This document shows, piece by piece, positions 57,107 through 64,000 of a DNA stretch of 64,000 nucleotides; position 1 is the first letter of the stretch, and every line of letters starts with the position of its first letter. The stretch is from Octopus vulgaris (lineage: Eukaryota). The notes beneath the pieces were generated by a model. The model did not search any database, was not told the DNA's origin, and saw only the letters and a list, made by a program, of their open reading frames with translations. Location: contig OX597823.1 in the NCBI GenBank assembly GCA_951406725.2, positions 73,594,001-73,658,000 on the forward strand, in the 5' to 3' direction. The translations under genes were made by a program, and so were the position numbers.

Positions 57107-57994
57107 CATCCCATAATTAATGTGGTTTTTTCGGTTGTATGAACTAAAAGTTGCAGGGTGGTGGGATAAACTACCTGCATCAACTTGCTATAAAAGCAGG
57201 TAGTAATTTTTACCTTGTCTTTATTCTTTGAAGAGTGTAGTTCGATTTTAATAGTCATTTTTTCAAAGCTACAATGAAAGTGACAAAGGGGCATATTAGG
57301 CATATTTTGCTTTATGAGTTCAATAAAGGCAACAACACAACAGAAAGTGCAAAGAATATTAATGCAGTATATGGGGATCAGACAATAAGCATAAGCCAGG
57401 TGGTTCCAGAAAATCCAAGTTGGAAACTACAGTCTAGAAGGTGAGCTTCATCCTTGAAGATCTGTAGAGCTCAATGAGGACGTCCTGCAAACCCTGGTGG
57501 AACAAAATCCCATCATAAGTGTTGAGGAACTAGCTGAGAAGCTTGGATTTGGTCATTCTACCATTCATTGATACGAGCACTAGAAGAAAAATAACCATCT
57601 TTGGTTTCAAGATGAAAGGTGTTCTTCTATCAGGATAATGCTCAGCAACATACAGCAAGGATGACATTCCAAAGGTGGGAGCAGTTTGAATGGTAAACAA
57701 TGCCTCACCCTCCATATTTGCTGCACATTGCCCCATCTGATTATCATTTATTCCGCAGTCTTCAAAATCATTTGGATGGAAAAAATATGAATTCTGTAGA
57801 CGAGGTCAGAACAGTACGGGAGGAGATCACAGGCAAGTGAATTTTGGAAGAGGGCCTTGCAAGTCTACCAGATAGATGGAAGAACGTTGTAGAAAATGAA
57901 GAAGAGTATATTTTAGATTAAAAAAGAACTTCATCTTAATTTTGAAAAATATAAGAAGTATAAAAAAAATGGCATTATTTATGGGATGACCCAA
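57101..57994 (+). mobile_element. Degenerate mariner, second family
   Basis: TIRs gggtcatcccataa / ttatgggatgaccc in TA context; HIRHILLYEFNKGNN.. and IAPSDYHLFRSLQNHLDGK remnants. Confidence 0.85.
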
Positions 57995-58361
57995 TATATA
58001 GTTCAAAAGTTAGACAAAGGGAAAAATGGACATAAACTGGGCAGAAACATAACAAACAGGAAAGGAAGACAAAGACACAATACAAGGAACAGTTGCAGCT
58101 GATTTTCTCATCAGCTGGTTTCCAAGATGTCTTTGTGGTTTCATGCTATTTAAAACCAAAACCACTCTTGTCTAACAAGAGCAGCATAGCATAGAGCTAC
58201 AGGTAAAAGGTGAAGAATGTGTGCAAGGACAGGACATAATAACATTGCATGTGAGATAAGAAATAATGACAAGATATAATAGACAAGGTTTGGTACATAT
58301 ACAAAAGAAAATGCTGTACAATAGGCTAAAGGAATAATTATATGTGTACAGGACTGTATAT

Positions 58362-58540
58362 CATCATCCTTTAATGTATATTTTCCATGTTGGCAGGGTG
58401 GGACAGTTTGATCAGAATTGGCAAGTTGGAAGGCTGCACTGGGTTCCAGTCTGATTTGGCTTGGTTTCTATGGCTGGATGCCCTTCCTTAACATCAACCA
58501 CTTTACAGTAGTGCTGGGTGCTTTTAACATGGCATCAGCA
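58362..58540 (-). mobile_element. Retroposon 3' end with (TGA)n tail, probably RTE-related; relatives at 53855-53910, 56270-56380 and 61430-61680
   Basis: Shared ccagcatggaaa..gatgttaa..gatgat and ggctggatgcccttcc blocks. Confidence 0.5.
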
Positions 58541-59110
58541 TGAATATTTATATGTATGTAGTTTGTGATTGCCACCCCCACTGCTTGATAGTGTTGGTTT
58601 GTTTATGTCCCTGTAACTTAGTTTTGGAAAAGAGCCCAATGGAATAAGTACCAGGCATAAGAACCACTACTATGGGTGATATGTTTTGACCAAACCCTTC
58701 AAGTCAGTACCTAGCATGCCCACAGTCCATTGACTGAAAGAGGGGCAAGATAAGAGATTTGATCATTTCTCAAAGGTATAGACACAATATATTAAATAAT
58801 CAAATTAAGGACACAGGAAATGTGTCAAAGCCGACAGGAAGCGTTAATGCTTCCTAGGGCTAAATAACGGTGGTGTGATTCCCTTTATGGGACTGTCACG
58901 TTAAGTTGACAGTATACAACTACTCTATCATTCCACCACTGCTTATATCTCTTTGAGATATTTAGAAATTTAATATTTCTAATCAAATTAAAGTTTTTCC
59001 TAATTAAACCTGTTTACTTTCTATTTAGTTACTCTGTGTTTTCATATAAAATTGACTTTTGTTTTTATATTTTTACAGAATTGTAACATTTGAAGAATAT
59101 TTGAATCAAA

Positions 59111-59254
59111 ATGATCTTGAAAAACCTTGGAGTCATTTTGGCAATTATAACTGTGTTGATATCTTATTGGTTATATGAGCCATTGCCTGATTCAGTAGCA
59201 GAACCTTGGAAGTTACGTACAGTAATAGCAGGAAGTAAAGTCCTACATGCTGTT
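59111..59254 (+). CDS. First coding exon of an arylacetamide deacetylase / neutral cholesterol ester hydrolase 1 (AADAC/NCEH1) family lipase; no later exons identified in the window
   Basis: Pyrimidine-rich acceptor ttttacag ends at 59078, ATG at 59111, phase-0 donor GTAAGT at 59255. Peptide MILKNLGVILAIITVLISYWLYEPLPDSVAEPWKLRTVIAGSKVLHAV has a signal-anchor helix followed by YxxYxPLPxxVxEPW, as in the AADAC (AYYIYTPLPDNVEEPW) and NCEH1 (AYYVYIPLPGSVSDPWKL) N-termini. AADAC versus NCEH1 cannot be resolved from 48 aa. Confidence 0.85.
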
Positions 59255-59302
59255 GTAAGTATATCATTATTCTACATTAATTTATTAATTTTTATCAATA
59301 TT

Positions 59303-59835
59303 ATTATTTACATTTGACAGATATTTGTTCTCATCTTTGTTGTTAACACAAAGTTTTGGCTGATATACCCTCCAGCCTTCATCAGGTGTCTTGTGGAAAT
59401 TTCAAACCTGGGTTTTCATTCCTAAGGTATTTTTCGATGTTGTTGTTGTTAATATTATTATTATTGTTATTATCATTATTAATATTATTATTATTATTAT
59501 TCAGGTCACTGCCTGGAATCAAAATCGGAATCTTGGGGTTAGTAGCCCGTGCTCTTAACCACTAAGCCATATACCCGTGGTTAAGAGCACAGGCTACTAA
59601 CCCCAAGATTCTGAGTTCGATTCCAAGCAGTGACCTGAACAATAATAATGATAATAACAACATCGAAAAATACCCTAGGAATGAGAACCCAGGTTCGAAA
59701 TTTCCCCAAGACACCTGATGAAGGCTGGAGGGTATATCAGCTGAAATGTTGTGTTAACAACAACAAGATGAGGACAAATATCTGTCGAATGTAAATAATG
59801 TACATAATTCCTCATCTCTTAAATATAGAACTGTA
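59303..59835. mobile_element. Head-to-head inverted pair of a tRNA-headed short element carrying a hammerhead motif (minus copy 59303-59576; plus copy 59577-59835)
   Basis: Arms are reverse complements over ~230-260 bp; A box TGGCTTAGTGG, B box GTTCGATTC; CTGATGA..GAAA core. Confidence 0.8.
59711..59754 (+). ncRNA. Minimal type I hammerhead ribozyme motif (slightly degenerate)
   Basis: acac-CTGATGA-a-ggctg(gagggtatat)cagct-GAAAt-GTT-gtgt. Stem I acac/gtgt and stem II ggctg/cagc(t/c); the mirror copy at ~59346-59389 has GAAA changed to AAAA. Confidence 0.6.
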
Positions 59836-59859
59836 ATATTATTATTGTTATTATTAAGT

Positions 59860-60050
59860 TAGCACTTTGGACAAAATGCTTAGTGGTATTTTGCCCATCG
59901 CTACATTCTGAGTTCAAATTCCACCAAGGTCGACTTTGCCTTTCATCCTTTCAGGGTCAATAAATTAAGTACCAGTTAAGTACTGGGGTCGATGTAATCG
60001 ACTTACCCTCCCCCATATTTCAGGCCTTGTGCCTATAGTGTTAAAGATTA
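59860..60050 (+). mobile_element. SINE family B, tail type 2
   Basis: gagttcaaattccaccaaggtcgactttgcctttcatcc..atttcaggccttgtgcctatag, followed by (ATT)n. Confidence 0.75.
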
Positions 60051-60371
60051 TTATCATTATTATCATAGAAGATGCTTGGAGTAGTGGTTAGGATGTTGCA
60101 CTCAAGATCATGAGATCCTGGTTTCAGTTCCTAGACCAGGTGATGCATTGTGTTTTTTAGTTAAAACACTTCATCACACGGTGCTCTGCCATCACTACGA
60201 CACCTGACATGTGGTACACCACACACCTGCTCAGGTAGCATTGATTTGATGGAGTTAATGAGCTAATGTACAACACATGCATTTAATCATTATAAACAAA
60301 TCATTTGTGCAGATTGTTCAGCAAAAGCTAAAACACTCATACATCATCTTTCAAGGGAGAGTCCACCATCA

Positions 60372-60399
<28 letters not shown>

Positions 60400-60403
<4 letters not shown>

Positions 60404-60625
60404 GAGTGAGAGAGCAGTGTATGCCATCAAAGTGACATGAGGTACAACTATACAAAGCCCAATATACCCATCATGACTACCCGTCTGATAAGGGTACACC
60501 AGGCATATGCATCACATCTGCATGTGCATAAAATGGTGATTTCATATCAAGATAAACAACACATGACCTTGCAGATGGAACCCAGTTAGAATTTTCTTCA
60601 TGTTGAGTAACCCATCCCACTCAAA
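60400..60625 (-). mobile_element. Retroposon 3' end abutting (ATT)n; second copy at 24016-24078
   Basis: (att)n-gagtgagagagcagtg..gccatcaaagt..tatacaaagcccaatat at both loci. Confidence 0.6.
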
Positions 60626-60639
60626 GTGTCTCATTATTA

Positions 60640-60977
60640 TTGTTGTTGTTGTTATTCAGCAGTCTTATTTTTATCATGTGCTTTCGCTGCACTACCAAGT
60701 GCAGCTGTGTGTGCCTTGGGTATGTGCTGTGGTTTGTTTTGGTGTTGTTATTTTTACTATTGAATATGCTTTAAGTAGGATTTCTACTGTGCCTGGTAGT
60801 GCTATTTTCTGTATGTTATATATACTTGTTAGTCCTGCTGTTTTGGTTATGTATTTGTATGGTTTTTAACCATACTTGATACACCTATTATAAGTATTGC
60901 TTCTGTTTTTAGGCTCCACATTTGGGTTATCTCTATTTCCAGATCTTTGTATTTTGAGTGTTTCTCCTTTTCATCAT
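60640..60977 (-). mobile_element. R4/Dong-clade (RLE) LINE 3' fragment
   Basis: Minus strand reads EKEKHSKYKDLEIEITQMWSLKTE..IYNIQKIALPGTVEILLKAYS; the end abuts (CAA/TAA)n. Confidence 0.65.
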
Positions 60978-61029
60978 CTGCTGTTGCTGCTATTATTTGT
61001 GTGTGTGTGTGTGTGTATAGTCTTTAATT

Positions 61030-61385
61030 CTCTTATTTGTTTCAGTCATTTGACAGCGGCCATGCTGGAGCACCGCCTTTAGTCGAACAAATTGACCCCA
61101 GGACTTATTCTTTGTGAGCCTAGTACTTATTCTGTTGGTGTCTTTTGCCAAACCGTTAAGTGACAGGGATGTAAACACACCAACATCAGTTGTCAAGCAA
61201 TGGGGGGACAAACACAGGCACACACACACACACACATATATATGACTGGCTCCTTTCAGTTCCCATCTACCATATCCACTTTCAAGGCTAATGTGGAAGT
61301 CACTTGCCCATGATATCACACAGTGGGACTGAACCCGGAACCATGTGGTGATTAAGCAAGCTACTTACCACACAACCATGCCTAT
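61030..61385 (-). mobile_element. SINE family A
   Basis: Reverse complement of the reference copy with CpG decay. Confidence 0.8.
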
Positions 61386-62801
61386 ATATATATATATATA
61401 TATATGTAAAATTATTGTCATTTTCTGTCAGCTTTCCATGCTGGTATTGATTGGATAGTTCAACTGCATTTGATAGGCTGGATGGTCACATCTTGCTCAG
61501 ATGTCGCAGTTTTGGTATGGCACAGTTTCTGCAGGCTGTACTTTTCATGGTACCAGCACTAGAGAGTATTTCATGCCCTCTGTGAGACTAAAGAACCCTC
61601 TCAGCCCTGAGTTGTATCTATTCAATCCTCCAATCACTTTGCAGAATGCACTGGATGCATTTTATATCATTCGAGGGAGGTCACTTTGTTACTCTTTGCA
61701 AGACTAAGAAGCAACAGTAATGGAGAGAAAGTGATGTGTTGAGAGAAGTTAAATTATGATGATTGACACAGATTTATTATCACTGGGAGGAGACCTTGCT
61801 GGGGTAAAGGATAATAGAGAGAAAAGAAAGAGTCATGTCAAGGATTAGTGAAAGAGAAAAAGAGATAGCAAAGGATACTCAGTAGGGAGTGAACACATAT
61901 CTACCGCACTTGGATGTGATCCAAGGCAAGTTGTCTTGCTTGGTCTAGGACTTTTAAATACCTAGTGTTATTAGGGAGTCTCCCTGAACACTATTTCACG
62001 GCGAATTTGGCCAATAAACAAAACACACACATTGTATATGTGCATATGTGTGATTGATATTATATATGCCAGGTTCAATGAATTAACACATAGGTGGTTG
62101 AGTGTAAAACACTGTACTCTGAGTGTACAACATTAAGGGTACAACACTGACATATTGTACCCTTGATGTAATTCTACAGCAGAGTCAGCATTACATAGTG
62201 TGATTTGGCTGGGCCTTTTATTTATTGACACAATCATAGCCTTTTGAAGAAAACAGCCTCTTTTTCACTTTGGTCTTATGCTTAATTATTTGTAACTTCT
62301 TTAATAAATGATATACAAAAAAAAAAAACCCACATCAGCTGAGCTATAGCCTTTAGACCCAAACTTTATCAGGTTAAAGTGCAAAAAAGTGGCCTGATGT
62401 ATCAAATTGGCCATGTGTCTTGTGAGCTTTCAGCTAATATAAAAATGATATGATTAGTCTATTACAAATAGAGTTGTCAGAGTTGGTGATAACGTTGAGG
62501 TGTAGAAAGTTATGTACCAGCTGCACAGGTCTTATTGTAAATGGTTTTGTGTCCTACAGAGAGTGTATGGGGTGTCAATAAATGTTACTGTTTTCTATGT
62601 TGTGCAGTGCGAACGTGGTTGTATGGTTATGAAGTTTGCTTCCCACAAGGCTTTAGGTTCAGTCCCATATCATGTAACACCCTGGGCCGTCTTAAGCCTT
62701 ATGAGTGAACTTGGTAGACTGAAACTGAAAGCCTGATGTTGGTGTTGGAGAATATCAGAATAATAAAGAAAGCCCAAGATGAAGACGAATGGCAAATATT
62801 T

Positions 62802-63030
62802 ATTTCTTTATGGCCCACAAGGGGCTAAATATAGAGGGGACAAACAAGGACAGACAAAGGGATTAAGTCGACAGCACTGATCCCAGTGCGTAACTGGTAC
62901 TTAATTTATCAACTTCAAAATGACGAAAGGCAAAGTCAACCATGGCGGAATTTGAACTCAGAATGTAACGGCAGACGAAATACCGCTAAGCACTTTGCCC
63001 GAAATGCTAACGATTCTACCAGCTCGCCAC
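62802..63030 (-). mobile_element. SINE family B, tail type 1
   Basis: Reverse complement of the reference copy, CpG-decayed. Confidence 0.8.
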
Positions 63031-63271
63031 ACTATGGAGTGCTAAAAAAATGTTTCAAGTGTTTCAACAACAGAAATGCCAAGGGAATGACTTGACTTGA
63101 CTTGATCTGCCAATCATTCTATAACAATAAGGATAAAATTTACTTATATGTGGCTTGGCAAAATCATTAGAGCATTGGGAAAAAGGTGTGTAGTATTTCT
63201 TTCAGCTCTTTATGTTCTGGGTTTTCGTTTGATCGAGACCATTATTATTATTATTATTATCATCTTTATTA

Positions 63272-63965
63272 AGGCAGTGAGCTGGCAGAATCGTTAGCAC
63301 ACCAGGTGAAATGCTTAGTGGCATTTCATCTGTCTTTACATTCAGAGTTCAAATTCTGCCAAGGTCAACTTTGCCTTTTATCTTTTCGGAGTCATTGAAA
63401 TAAGTACCAGTTGAGCACTTGGGTCATTGTAATCGACTAGCCCCATCCCCCAAAATTTCAGGCCTTGTGCCTATAGTAGAAAGGATCATTATTATCATTA
63501 TGATGCTAGCAAGCCAGCAGAATGATTAGCATATCAGATGAAAATGTTAAGCAGCATTTCTTCCAACTTTTTATGTTCACAGTTCAAATAACAAGGCCAA
63601 CTTTTCCTTTCATCATTTCAGGTCTGATAAGATAATGTGCCAGTCAAGTACTGGAGTCAATGTAATACTAACTGCTTTCTCCTAAAAATTGCTGGCCTTG
63701 TGCCAAAATTTGAAATTAGATAATAATGATTGATATTACTAAATACCTTCAAGGCGGTGAGCTAGCAGAATCATTAGCACGCCAGGCAAAATGCTTACCG
63801 TCATTTTATCTGTCTTTACATTCTAAGTTCAAATTCTGCCAAGGTTGACTTTGCCCTTCAACTTTTCGAGGTCAGTAAAATAAGTACCAGTTGAGTACTG
63901 GGGTTCATGTAATCAACTATCCTACTTCCCCAAAATTTCAGGCCTTGTATCTATAGTAGAAAGGC
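63272..63965 (+). mobile_element. Three SINE family B copies with tail type 2
   Basis: Same head and body, but the tail is ccccaaaatttcaggccttgtgcctatagtagaaagg; copies at ~63272-63485, 63505-63715 and 63752-63965. Confidence 0.75.
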
Positions 63966-64000
63966 TATTACTAAATACTTTCCTGTATTTTAACCCTCAA

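Overview
AT-rich, repeat-dominated eukaryotic genomic DNA. The SINE, mariner and microsatellite content resembles an octopus (coleoid cephalopod) genome; this is inferred from pattern recognition, not a database search. Most ORFs in the track are microsatellite artefacts. The only well-supported host gene signal is the first coding exon (59111-59254, +) of an AADAC/NCEH1-family membrane-anchored lipase. A drop in CpG from about 53 kb onward suggests a methylated gene body starting near 51 kb. The rest is a mosaic of at least four tRNA-derived SINE families, Tx1/L1, RTE and R4/Dong LINE remnants, Penelope-like (Naiad-type) remnants with hammerhead-ribozyme motifs, mariners, a piggyBac-type MITE, hAT remnants, non-autonomous Helitrons and solo LTRs. 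Three observations stand out. (1) Two diverged Tx1 copies are stacked in one (GATA)n array inside a split SINE, and their 3' end is shared with the tail of an abundant SINE, suggesting a microsatellite-targeting LINE/SINE pair. (2) A tRNA-headed short element carrying a hammerhead motif is inserted as a head-to-head inverted pair (Penelope-like geometry), forming a ~500-bp hairpin just after the lipase exon. (3) One SINE family forms self-nested arrays and carries two alternative tails. Coordinates and identities were read by eye and are approximate.
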